A stretch of DNA of 63,989 bases, filler included, from Porpidia crustulata (Eukaryota), in assembly GCA_964255105.1 (NCBI GenBank). It is 3 parts of 3 records of this genome, joined end to end, with 100 filler letters (N's around TTAATTAATTAA, not from the genome) between each part and the next. Parts side by side here need not be neighbours in the genome. Positions count along the whole stretch, not along the records: positions 1 to 22,676 come from CAXUWE010000083.1; 2 more parts are not named here. One strand, written 5' to 3'. Shown here one piece after another: positions 1 through 12,450 of the stretch (positions are counted from its first letter, which is position 1; each line of letters begins with the position of its first letter). Under the pieces are notes generated by a model, which saw only the letters and a program-made list of their open reading frames with translations, was not told the origin of the DNA and made no database searches. Made by a program: the position numbers and the translations under genes.

Positions 1-1995
1 GTCCTGATCGAGGCGAGCGCACTCCCTGGCCGTTCCAGGGGCCGCCGCTCCATCGCTTGGTGTGGTTCTCTTCCTCCTCTTCCATCGAGAAGACGCAATC
101 GCCCGACTCCTCGTCGATCCTGCTCGTTCCGATGCTGGAGCTTGAGACCGCTCGGTCCAGACGGCCGTTGGAGCCGGACGGGTGGCGTGTGGATGCTGAG
201 ACGGGGTGGAGGGCGTTGCTGTTGACGTTCTTGGGATTGGGATTGGGATTGGGATTGGAGTTGGAGGTGTCGGTATGTGAGGAAAGGTGGGTACGCGACA
301 GGTGGTGCGAAATTCCCGATATGGATGAGTGGCGAGGTGGAGAGGCAAAGTATGGTGACATATCGCCAGAGACATTGGGGCCGAGAGGTGTGGCTCGGAG
401 GCTGGGGCTCGCACCTGGGTGGAGGGAGGAGTTCCGAAGCGGGGAACCAACGTGGCCAAATGCAGAGACTCTGTCATTCCCCGGGTCTTCTTCACGTCTC
501 TGGCGGGCGAAAAATGCGCCATAGCGAGATGGGGAAGCTGTGGCGGGAGAGCCAACCTTACATGACTCGGCCGGTGTTCCGAGGCCACTCAGCGATTCTC
601 GGAAGGCGGCCGGATCGTGTTCCGAACGTGATGTCGTGCGTAATTTTTCTTGTGGGATAAGCAGGTCATGGAGGCTAGCAGGGAGGAAGTCTTCGTCACC
701 GCCGAAGAGGAAGCTGTCATCCCAGTCATCGTTGGCTCTCTGTCTCGGTAGGCTGGCCGATATCATGTTGGGCTTGGGGACGCGTCGAGAATGCATTAGC
801 CGCTGGCCGAGACCTTCGTCTCCGGATCCTAAGGGGGACGAGCCCAGATTGGGTGGCGCTCGATTACGTAGTTCTCTACCAAAGGCAGAATCGTGGAGCG
901 TTCGTAGTGCATCGGTGGGTGGCGCGGCTTTCTTGGGTAGTGAGGCAGGTGGTGAGTCCAGGCCAAACTTAGAAGGTACAGAAGCTGCAACAGGTCCATG
1001 TCGGGCCGCAAAGGAAATGCCCTGGCTGTCGAATGATGCCGGCAAGGGTGCATCAAGAGCACTGAGATGCGCTGCTGGCGATATCGGTAAGCGTCCGTTA
1101 TCAGGAGGCGAGCCGTAGGCTGATCCGCGAGGCGACATATAGCCTGTGTCAATGAAAGGAATGTTATCGTAGAGCTTGGTGTGTAGATCGTTCTGTGGGC
1201 CGTAACCGTTTTCAGGGAGTTGGGAGAATTGATGGCCAAAAGTGGACGGATTTCCACCAGCTTGCTGAGCAAGCAGTGAGTTTGCCAAGGCAGAGTCTTG
1301 GTGATGAAATGACTGCGGGTCGACTCTGCCGCCTAGATTCAAGTGTCCTCCTACCAGTCCGTTTGGCCGATTCACTCTTCGTCCATTCGGAAGAATGTGT
1401 GCCAGTGCACATTTTGCACCAAATTTGCAGTTACCCTGGTACATCATCAGTACGCTTGGGTATATCATGTCAATTCCAAGGCTTGCAAGGTAATCCTACC
1501 TTGGCAAAATATTTACAGGGTGTATCGACGGTAGAAATATCTGTAGAGTGGGAGAAGGGGCATGCTTTACCAGCCTGACATAGACCCGATCTGAAGAACT
1601 TGCAGGGCACATGTGACGTATCTATGCCAACAGATTTCAGCCAAGCCTCTCAAATTTTCCCCAGATGAAGGGGGAGGGGTACTCTTGGTATTCGGAGGAC
1701 TTCGAGGGCCATCAAAGCCTGTACTTCCTCCAGCACCCATCGTCCCTCTCCGTCGAGTTATTCCGTTGGCCATGTTCGCTTGGGTTCCGTGTGGAACAGG
1801 CAGGGCGCCATTCCCATTGATGAAGCCGTTCCCTCGATAATCGGTAGGCACCCGAGGCTGTGTTCTTGGGTCGATCGCGCTCGGTTGAGGAAGGTTACTG
1901 ACGTGCATCATGGCTGGATCTGGCGGCGAAATCGAATGCAAGTCCAAGTGAGGATTCGGAGATACTTCGTGGCGAGGAAGGAAGGTGGCCATCAT
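1..1995 (-). CDS. Tandem CCCH zinc-finger protein (Lee1/Cps3-like); 3' end runs off the window
   Basis: Spliced read (introns ~1622-1682 and ~1436-1499) gives GPRSPPNTK-DTSHVPCKFFRSGLCQAGKACPFSH...PCKYFAK-GNCKFGAKCALAH (two CCCH fingers), then an S/P-rich tail with LDAPLPASFDSQG. Confidence 0.8.
232..266 (+). repeat. (GGATTG)n hexanucleotide microsatellite, encoding an NP repeat in the minus-strand gene
   Basis: ttgggattgggattgggattgggattggagttggag. Confidence 0.8.
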
Positions 1996-2813
1996 ATTCG
2001 ACAGCGCGATGACTGCTATCTTCGTCAAGGAACACTGGCCGATACCCTCTGATTAAGAATTTGTCAAGCCAGAGTGGGCCTCAATGGAAGGAGGCGCCTG
2101 AGTGGCTGTGTAGTATGAATGTCAGTGAATGAGATGCGCTTTGAAAAATTGGTCAAGAACATCAACTTAGTCGTTGGAGGGGGTATTAGAAAAAGAATAA
2201 GGCAATGATGGGGGAAGAGTCCAATTAGGTAGCTAGTGAGGTATCTTAGTCAATCCGGATAGGCTCACAGGTGCCAAGCCAACTCTAAAATGATCCTCCA
2301 ACGGCCAGGAATCATTGCGATTGGCGAATTAACCTCGACGTTACACTATCGACGAGTCTACCGACTTATACTTATGGGAACATTGCTTCTCAAGGTCCAG
2401 AAGATGAAGGTGAAGGTGAATGTTCATGTGCAATAAGAAGCAAGAGGACCTTCTGCCTGGAATCAGGCTAAGACAGTATGCGCCCTCTCTGAATGGTCAC
2501 GCGTGCTATCGAATCCAAGGCAGATGATCAGTCGGACTGATAGTCGACTTATGCTACCTGCTACATCACTGCTGTGGACGATGCATGGCTTTGGAAAAGA
2601 GCAATGAATACATTAGATACTAATAGAACAATGCCTAATCTAGTAATCGAGACCCAGCGGTATAGAGGACGACACAAGCACCTGGTACAACGGGATGAAA
2701 CTGCATTCCTCACGCTATCTTACGGTAGACCTGTGTTACGTCGAATAGCGCTTGAATAGATGTAGAACCACGGAGCATGACAGCAAGATCCAAAGGCAAA
2801 GTAGGGTGTCGTA

Positions 2814-3860
2814 TCAATCGTTGCCTTCCAGACCCAATTCCTCCTGAAGCACATAAGATATCAGCAGCTAGCCAGCGCAGACTGCTTAAAGTCTCTTACC
2901 CAAAGTTCCTCTTTCGTTTGGCCACTCTCTAAACCTTCCGTACAGTGGGCCCAAACCTCCATACAGATCTTTTTTCGCGTATTGGCCTTGCTTGACCACT
3001 CATTCCACGTCTTGTCCACCTCCGCTTTTTCCTCTGGCGACACAGGCTTGACGCTTCCCGATCGTAGCGGGATCAATCGAGCAAGAACCCCTTTTTTCTC
3101 GAGCTCGAGTATTGCGATATTGGCACGGAGATCCGTAGTGGATAGTGTTGCATTAATGGCGGTCAAATTAGCTCTTAGTAGCTTTTCGTTGGCCTTTACG
3201 GTAGCAATGCTTTCGCGAAGGTCTTCAGTTTCCTTATCCATGGCAGCGAGATCTTCCATGCTTGCGGCATCATGGGGATCTTGGACAGCATGGTACACAA
3301 TTTGCTTGCCTTATATGCCAAGGTCAGAGAGTTAGAAAGAGCGGCCTGTATTGCAGGAGGCGCACCGGCAGCTTTTCCGGCAATGACCTGCTGCTCATGC
3401 AGTTCTTTGAGAGCTTTCGCGGCATAGGCTACTATGACCTTAGCTTTTTGTATCTCGTTCCCGGCATTATAGCCATCGCTGCTCACTTTTAGTCACCTTG
3501 TTGTGCAAGTTTGCTGAAATGTCGTTAGCCTAATTGCCAACTTATGTTAGCTTTGATTCTTGGGCGGGCGACGCTGTGGACGAAGGTAATGCTACCGAGT
3601 ATGGGCGACTAGTAGAGTGAAGATTGTATCAGTGACGCATTGCCTGTTGAGTCGGGGTGTACAATCAGGACCGACTTTTGCTTCTCTTTGACCACGCCAG
3701 TCAGCCAATCTCTGCGCCATCGGGATGAAAGGTGTCACACTAAGGTAGTCAATTATCAACGAAGATCCTTTGATGAAGATATTAGTGACATTGCATTATC
3801 AAGTAGTTCCGAAGAGTGTCCACCCTGGTCTGCTGAGGCCTTTTCCTTCCGAGGCGCCAT
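2814..3860 (-). CDS. HOP2: Homologous-pairing protein Hop2 / TBPIP
   Basis: Multi-exon read MAPRKEKASADQ...IIDYL-KKQN-RPYS-ANDISANLHNKVTK...KQIVYHAVQD, coiled coil, C-terminus KEELW-EELGLEGND*. Confidence 0.85.
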
Positions 3861-4177
3861 CTTCACTCATGGACTGCCTGTCCGTGTCAGAACAGACCAG
3901 CTTATCAGGCACGTCAAGAGCAGGTTTGAGAAGTGGAACAATTGTCAGAACGAAGACAGTACTAGGTATTTATCTGCGTCCCAACGAACAACAGGCAGCG
4001 CAATATATGTTTGAAAACTCGGCTACCTAGATTATCGGATATATAAACCGTGTATTGGACTAGTGTGATGGCCCGCTCTATGTACATCTGTAAAAGTCGC
4101 TCCAACACAGAATTTCTAGGGGAAATAGGGTATATACACCGGTTCGCAATGCGCGTCAGTATTCACATTTCTTGAGG

Positions 4178-6889
4178 CTACATTACGACCTATGATACGG
4201 TGAGAATATGTTGATGGATATAGCTCCATGGGAAACTTACACATTCACTGTCTTTCTTACTCTGGGGTACCCCCATTTCTTCAAAGGTTTTCGGCCCTTT
4301 ACCAGGCGGTTTCGTCGTGGTGCTGGCTGGAGGCGGAGTTGCAGCAGGCCTATTGTCTTCAAGTATTTTAGGCGGTAAAGTACTTATAGGCGTGTTTACG
4401 TCATTACTTGGCCGCACTTTTGGGTGGCTAGGTAAGGTATCAGTTGGATTGCCGGTGGGGATGGGCTTGCGCGTCTGAGGATTCGGACTACTGGCGCGAT
4501 TGGCCGCTGCAAATGTTTGTGAATGCGGTAAACTTGATAATCTCGACGATGTCCGGTCTGCTGAATTCGCAGAGTTTGTGTGTGTTGGCATAGGCCGCTG
4601 TTTACCGCCGACTGGGTCAGATAGCTGCATCCGGCGCCTCCGATCGGCCCCGGATGGGTCAGGGGGAGCAGAGAAGCCAATATCGACAGTGGGGGGCTGC
4701 GGTCGATGTGACTCAACAGCAGGTGATGCGCCTCTAGGGAGGGTGGATAATCCGGAGCTTGCTTGCCTGTAGCCCGGCGCACCAGGACCATTGGGAATAT
4801 TATCATACCCAGGCATACCCCGACCACGCCCAGCACCAACGTTGCCCAGGTTTTGATAGGTTTGAGGGGCTCTAATTGGTGCACTTGAAAGGGGTCTTTG
4901 GTTGCCATTAGGTGGAGGGGCGCCGTAGCTAGGGCGCGAATTTGGTTGTAATCGCACGTTGGGATTTGCATAGCCCGAAGCATTGACTTGTGATGCTCTT
5001 GATCCTGGACCATCGTCAATCGGGTATGGAGCTGCAGAGGTAGGTCTCTGTGGGGTAGGTGCTTGTGGCTGGCGTGAGTAGGGTCTGCTACCTGCCGGCG
5101 GTATTTGTGAATCATAAGGGTCTGGCATGTCAACAATATCATCGTCAATGGTAGGCATAGGATTTGAAGCAGCCTTAAAACGCTCTGGTCTCTTGTTCCT
5201 CTGAGAGCCGTACTGAGACCTGATTTTGGCAACGGCGATGGTTTCGTGGTCCTTTTTCGACAAGGTTTTCGAGCGTGATATTCCATCAATTCTAGCTGCC
5301 GCATCTTTGTTGCCATGGTCGGCGGCTTTGCCATACCACTGTCTTGCTGCTTGGAGATCGGTAGGGACATGCATGCCAATCTCGTAGAAATACCCTAGGG
5401 CGAATTCTGCCGTTGCAAGCCCGTTCTGAGTTGCTCTCTGCGCATAGATGAAGGCCAACTCGTCGTTCTTGTCGAAGATTCCATCGTAACCACAAAGAAA
5501 CCATTTACTAATAGCCATTTCGGCTTCGGGCTCTCCTTGCCGAGCTGCCAGCGCATTATAATGCAGCGATAACGACGGATCGAAATCACAACCAAGCTGG
5601 CAGAGTTCGTAAGCTGCGCCCATCTTCGTCTGAGCCTTGGCAAAACCAAGATAGGCCGCTTTTTCGATGTTGAAGCGTGCAGAAACTATGTTTATTGGTA
5701 GGTAATTCTCAGGCACGCTCACCTGCGTTAGTTCACGTGCTTGCAAAATTCCGAAAACCTGTATCTCAATTATTTTAGGCGCTTTGAACGTTGGGCTTGT
5801 TATCTCACATATGCTCCCTGAGGCGCGTTCTCGTCAGCGGTCTCTGCTGCGATTTTGACGAGCCTAATGCCACGGACGTAGTCCAAGGGCTGTCCATGCT
5901 GCCCGAGAAGAGTCATCATTCCGAGCCGATAATGACATGCCGAGTCTCCAGCTTCAACGCCGATGTTATAATGCTTGATCGCTTTCACAGTATCATTTGA
6001 GCTCTCAAACTGCATTCCCATTCGATACTCAGCCCTAGCATACCCAGCTTGCGCTGAACGAGCATAGCAGCGATACGCTTCCTTTTTGTTGAGACGGAAT
6101 CCAAATTTCCCAAATTCTAACCACATTCCCTTCATGAATTCTGCTCTTGGGTGATGCTGATCTGCCAGAAAGGATACCACATTGATGGCGTCTACCCGCA
6201 ATTGATGCTCTGTTTGTGGCGTTTGTGGTCGCGCCGCATGGTTTTGCAACAGTCGTGACTCGTTCTGGGATGCGATTTCTACGTATGTTAAAGTATCTTG
6301 TGCCCATGTTAATTGCATTTCAGGGTCATTGGAGTTCAGCACCGGTTGTCGTGCATTTTCCAGTATGATCACTCTCTCATCATCGGACGGGGGAACATTT
6401 GGTGGACGGTTATGGATCGGGGGAAACGGAGAGAATGATGGCTGCTCCGAGAGGTGAGGAGCCGCTCCTCCATCTGCTTGCGATTTGTGGCTATTCTGCG
6501 ATTTGTCAAGGAGATGCGCATCAGACCCAGAGCTCATGATCTGTTCGCTCGACGGGATAGAAAGAAGGGACGAATTTCCGCCCGGCAAGGTGCTTGATCC
6601 TAGGGCGGGTGACTGAAGTCCAGACAGGCGATTTGCAGGATTGGCTTCAAGCTCAAGGTGTGCCAAATTGTCTTGGATGTGCTCTGGCACTTCAGGCATC
6701 ACCCTATAGGAGGAGATTGGTATTAGTGTTTTCAGTTCCACCGTACATCAGGAGAGCAGTCGCGATTGTGTAACGGACTCACCGTTGGGGAGCTGGTGAA
6801 ATCACTTCGGGCATGTAGAAGTCATCTACGCCACCAGGATAAAAAGTAGCGCCGACTTGCGGCTGACGTGACCCTTGCCTACTTTCCAT
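4178..6889 (-). CDS. SEL1-repeat chitin synthase activator (Skt5/Chs4-like) with C-terminal CaaX box
   Basis: ORFs 5800-6741 and 4190-5746 carry SEL1-like repeats (AEYRMGMQFE, AEFALGYFYEIG, ARQWYGKAADHGN); first exon MESRQGSRQPQVG...DDFYMPEVISPAPQR; spliced end KKDSEC|VVM*. Confidence 0.85.
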
Positions 6890-7742
6890 TTTTGGATATT
6901 GGAATGGATCAAAGTTGGCTGTTTCCGGGTAAGGCCTGATGCTTGCAGCTTCCTTCCCCGTGGCACTGGCGTATTGAGGAAATTATTGTAAGATACGATA
7001 GTGACGCGCGTTCCAATCTCAGAGGTCCATGAGGATCTCTATATACCGTGGATAGCGACCTTTAATTATTATTATATGGAGGATCTGAGACTTCTTTGGG
7101 ATCTTCCAAAAAATTACCTACACAACATAGCATTTGTTTCCAAAATTATGTCTGACAGCGCGGTTGCAATGAGGCTCATTGTATCAATCTTAGATGAGGC
7201 TGCATAGTCGGACAGAGTCTCAACAGGTGCAAGAGACACGCACCTCAGTGAGCTGACGGTGAAATAATTCAGCCTGAGAAACAAGTCAAACCAGGCACGT
7301 CAGAATTGGTAGGAGAACGCCGGCTAGTCCCGCGTCTAGGTTGAGCGCTAAACGGCTTCCGCATCACGGCACGTGCACGGGTAGAATAGCCTATTTCAAA
7401 CTTTCAGATGGCCAAGGGTTGTCTTGAAAGCACCCGAAAGACAGCAGTCCTTGGAAACGGATTCTGAGACTGCTATGCGGTGACACTAGGTTCCTAGAGC
7501 CGTGCCCGTCCTACCAAAGCATTGATCTCACACTTTCAAGATGCACAGCAGCTTAGAATGGGATTGAAGTCGAAAGGAGTTTCAAAATCACTAGGCGAAT
7601 GTGATGTTACGCTAAGTCGTTGTGTCTAGCATCCATTAGACAAAGAATCGGGAACACCACTCAATCTAAGTGAAACTATGCATAGATATTTTGGCCTTTC
7701 GCAGACATTTCTCATCATTACAGTCACGATATATTATTCACG

Positions 7743-10700
7743 ATGGAAGCTGCAAAACGAGAATTCCATCATCCCTTCCAACCCTACGATATTCAGTATG
7801 GGTTGATGAATGAAATATATGACTGCATTGCTAACGGCCAAATTGGCGTGTTCGAGTCTCCAACAGGTATACTAACCTCGATAATTGCAACCTCTCGAGA
7901 CATCGGCAATCTGCTGATGAAATTTAAACAGGAACTGTAGGTTGAGCTGTCTCGCAGCTTCGTTATGTCTGCACAGTCTACATTTCTTTTCTACCAGCAC
8001 TGAGTATTTATGTCGAGAAGCTGTGAACCCTAGATTCTTACTACTCATACCTTCAAAGGGACATCATCCAAGACACAAGCAGCTAATATACGATCAGGGT
8101 AAATCACTAAGCCTCATCTGTGCTTCTTTGGCATGGCTTCGAGATTTCCAAGAGAAAAGCCTGGCGACAGAAGAAGGGCAACCTGATGGTAAAAATCCCA
8201 GCATTCTGCAGCGCAAGATGTATTGAGCAGTCACAGGTACGGAAGAACCCGCATGGGTGCTTGAGTATGATAGAAATGAGAGGAGGAACGCCGTTATTGA
8301 AAGAAAGTCCGAGCTCGAAGCACGTCTGAAGAAGATTCGGGCCAAAGAACTAAAGCAAAAGCTGCGATTCGAAGATGGAGAGCCTCGAAGTAAGAGAGCA
8401 GTAGGTATATGGAGCACGCTCTGAGATTGCAATATTGACTCTCTTAGAAGAGAGTTGACATTCTGGAGCAATCGTCGACCGTCGATGACGACGCTCACTT
8501 TGTACTCGCAGACTACAGCAGTGAGGATGATAAACTGCAGGCAAAGGCTGCGACAACATCAAGTAAGACCGAGGGTCTTTCAACCACGACATTACGTTTG
8601 ATGGAAAAGTGAGTAAACTTAGATTCAGCTGATGGCAATTTATTTGGGGTAGTACTTACAAGGGCGAAAGATTAGGAACAAACGAGGAGCCGCCACTTGG
8701 GAAAGAGAATCTTGAGCCTATGGAAGAAATGAAAATATTCTACTGCTCAAGGACTCATTCACAGCTCAACCAATTTGTTGAAGAAATACGCCGAGTTCAT
8801 TTACCACCAAGTTCGGTGGCACCAAAGATTCCTGGACCATCCACACAAAGTCCAGATGAGCAGATTGTAGTCAAACACCTCCCATTAGGTGCAAGAAAAA
8901 GTCTATGCATCAATCCGGGTGTTCTCAAGCTGGTCAATGCTGGAGCAATTAACGAACGATGCCTTGACCTACAACAGCCAGATGTGCCAAAATCTCACAG
9001 GTGTTCATTTATTCCAAACAAAGATAATGAAACGCTTGTGAATGAGTTCAGAGATCACACACTGGCCAAGATTCGTGACATAGAGGATTTAGGCGCGCTT
9101 GGGAAGAAGATTGGAATCTGCCCATATTATGCCGCTAGATCAACTATCAAGCCAAGCGAAGTTAGTCAACCTGCTTCTATGGAAAGTCTATGTTCTAATC
9201 CGCCACAAGATCATCACCCTTCCTTATCCTTTGCTACTACAGAAGTCGGCTAGAGAAGCCCTTGGCATATCAATTAAAGGCCACGTCATTATCATCGACG
9301 AAGCACATAATCTAATGGATGCCATCTCAAACATACAGTCCATTACCATAACAAAAGCACAACTCAAGCGCTGTAGGATGCAGCTTGGTGTCTATCTCCA
9401 AAGATTCAGAAACAGGCTAAAAGGCAAGAATAGGGTCTACGTCACTCAAGTGGTTCGACTTTTGGACTCTCTAACAGGTTTCCTCGAGGACAAGGGCAGC
9501 AATAGAAGAGCAGTTGAGGCCGTTGTGGACGTCAGCGACTTGATGGCTGGTAAAGGAGTTGATCAGGTCAACCTTCATAAGCTCATGCGATACCTTGCGG
9601 AAAGTAAACTAGCCAGGAAAGTGGAGGGCTATATTGCACACCTAGAAACCATTGAAACTAGCGCCACTCATAGTTCGCCAGCATCAACAGCTCCAGTCCT
9701 CACTCACGTTCATTCTTTTCTACATGTACTCACGAATCCAGCGTCAGAAGGGCGTTTCTTTTATGAAAGCGACGAGATCGGGAATTTATCGCTCAAGTAT
9801 ATGCTCCTTGATCCTACAAATCACTTCAAGGAGATAGTTGAAGATGCTCGGGCAGTCATACTGGCAGGGGGAACCATGTCGCCAGTAAGTTTGCGACCCA
9901 GGTAATACATTCCAGATTTGAGAAGAGTCATCGCTTAGGAGACTATAGATGGACGACTATCTCCGACATCTTTTTGCCTATGTCAAGCTTGATCGCCTGA
10001 GAATATGGAGCTGCGGACATATAATTCCTAAGGGAAATCTCGTTGTGTGGCCTGTGAAAAAGGGTCCTAACGGTATTGACTTCGAATTTACCTATGGAAA
10101 GCGTGATATACCAGCCATGATTGATGCACTGGGAGACTGCCTTGTCCAGCTATCTCGTGTCATACCAGACGGTCTCGTCGTCTTCTTCCCCAGTTACGCC
10201 TATCTAGAACAGGTGGCGCTCCAATGGAAAACGCCATCAGCTAAACACCCTTTGAGCATCTGGGATCGTCTGCTAAAGGAGAAGCCTGTCTTTCGCGAGT
10301 CGAAAGAGGTCGCAGGCATAGATGATATGCTACAAAAGTACTCAGAAGCCATCATGGCCGGGAAAGGGGGTTTACTACTATCAATCATTGGTGGAAAGAT
10401 GTCGGAAGGGATAAATTTCTCAGACAGACTTGGCCGGGGCGTTGTTGTCGTAGGCTTACCATTCCCAAATGCGCAAAGCGCACAGTGGAAAGCCAAGCTG
10501 GAGCATATTGAAAAGGCAACCATTGATCGCGGTGGGAGCCATGATGAGGGCAAGGCCTTGGCTCGCTCATACTATGAGAATGCATGTATGAGAGCGGTCA
10601 ATCAGAGCATTGGCAGGGCCATTCGTCACCAGAACGACTTTGCGAGCATCATCCTGCTAGATGGGAGATATAAGACGCCGCGCATTGCGGACAAGCTTCC

Positions 10701-10803
10701 AGGGTGGATTATGCAAGGACTTGTGCACAGCAATGGGGAAGCATCGTTCCGGGATGTAGTCGGGAGTCTGGAGAAATTCTTTGGTGGAAAAGCCAATAGT
10801 TGA
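7743..10803 (+). CDS. CHL1: Fe-S DEAH-box DNA helicase Chl1/DDX11
   Basis: FHHPFQPYDIQ, spliced ESPTGTGKS Walker A, YCSRTHSQL, IIDEAHNL, LAGGTMSP, GGKMSEGINFSD, RAVNQSIGRAIRH. Confidence 0.95.
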
Positions 10804-11347
10804 AACCGCGAAAACTTCGAATAGGATCCTCATTCGGACATTCATACTACTCAATGAAGCCTTTACACCATGATCTTCTCATCAAATGGCTTGTGGGTGA
10901 GAGCCAAAGCAGTGGCTGAACGTGACCACATACTGACTCCATATCCGAAGATTGGCACTTTGTTTGCAACGAAAAAAAGTGATGCAATGGCAGACTGGAT
11001 TCTACAGTGATAAGCTACTGGGGTCAGATAGGCCCAAACCACTAAACAATTTTAGACGGCAAAAGTCAATGATAATGTCAATTAAAGTTCAATAGCTCTG
11101 ATTTTGATAGACTCTGAAGCTTTAAGACCGCTACGTCGATCTTGTTCACAATGTCTTGTGCATGACTTGTGACCCCCTGGTGAGTCACCCATGCCACCGA
11201 GCGGAAAAAGGTTAGGGTTTCCACCCTATCCGCTAACCGAATTGCTAGCGTCCCTGGCTTACCTCGCTTGACGAACACCACCAAAAATCACCTTGAGCAG
11301 TCGACGGCGACTATCGAAATAAACATCGACAACCGCCAGTCGCAACA

Positions 11348-12068
11348 ATGCCCACGCGACTGACAAAAACCCGCAAGCAGTATGTGTTGAATTTCACCTC
11401 TCCCTCAATATCCATCTTACCCCATTCCGCAAGACCACCTCCCCCAAGCACAATCTCCACCCCTCCGCTAATATGCCACACCAAACAGCCGCGGCCACGT
11501 CTCCGCCGGCCACGGCCGTGTAGGAAAGCACCGTAAGCATCCCGGTGGACGCGGTATGGCTGGAGGACAACACCACCACCGCACGAATCTCGACAAATAC
11601 CATCCGGGTTACTTTGGGAAGGTCGGGATGCGGTATTTCCACAAGCTGCAGAACCAATTCTGGAAGCCTGTCATCAACCTGGACAAGGTGCGTGCGATTT
11701 CCGAATTTTGCAGCTGTTGGGTGGCTTTTGGGTGTGAGTGGGGGAATTGGGCATGAAAAGAAGGACCGAAATGTTGGACTACGCAATAGAACTCGTGGAC
11801 CGAATATTACAATAGAGGTCTGAACTAACACGCCCGCTTCTGCCACCAGCTCTGGTCCCTCGTTCCCCTCGAAAAGCGCGACGAGTACCTCGCAAACAAA
11901 AACTCCGACACCGCACCCGTCCTCGACCTGCTCCCGCTCGGCTACTCGAAAGTACTCGGCAAGGGGAGGATCCCGGAGATACCGATGGTGGTGCGCGCGA
12001 GGTTTTTCTCGAGGGAGGCGGAGAGAAAGATCAAGGAGGCCGGGGGTGTGGTTGAGTTGGTTGCGTGA
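11348..12068 (+). CDS. RPL28: 60S ribosomal protein uL15 (L28/L27a), two introns
   Basis: [62 protein letters not shown]...[13 protein letters not shown]. Confidence 0.97.
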
Positions 12069-12450
12069 GTGGGGGTTGGAGGGATTAAGGGATGTGGTTT
12101 GGGGGGTCAGAGCTGTTAGCTATGAAATCAAGAACTTTGCGCAAGCGGGAACGTGTGTTACTTCTGTGCCTGTTGTGGACCGTTATTGGAATGGATGAGT
12201 CGGCTAACAGAAGAAGCTTGATGAGATGCCCGGCATTAGTCGGTCAGTATCACGGTCTCAAGTTTCTCTTGCTTGAGAGCTCTCATTTGCTTCAGCGCAA
12301 TCCTTTCCACATCACACTTCCTTCCACTCTTTCTACTTACTAAATGCTTGAGAAAAATGGTATCAAAAAATACAACAACAGAATGGGTATCAAATGCATC
12401 AGCTCAAACACGCTTCACCCCTCCTGCCCCGGCCACCCCTATACTCCGGA

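Noticed and set aside
232..266. GGATTG repeat as a telomere-like tract
   Set aside because: Not TTAGGG; lies within a coding exon (NP repeat).
57..1118. Plus-strand ORFs of 127-192 aa (and similar antisense ORFs over other genes)
   Set aside because: Shadows of the true opposite-strand genes.
11688..11849. Possible C/D snoRNA in RPL28 intron 2 (ATGAAAA...CTGA)
   Set aside because: No convincing RTGATGA C box, terminal stem or recognisable rRNA guide; would need snoscan/Infernal.
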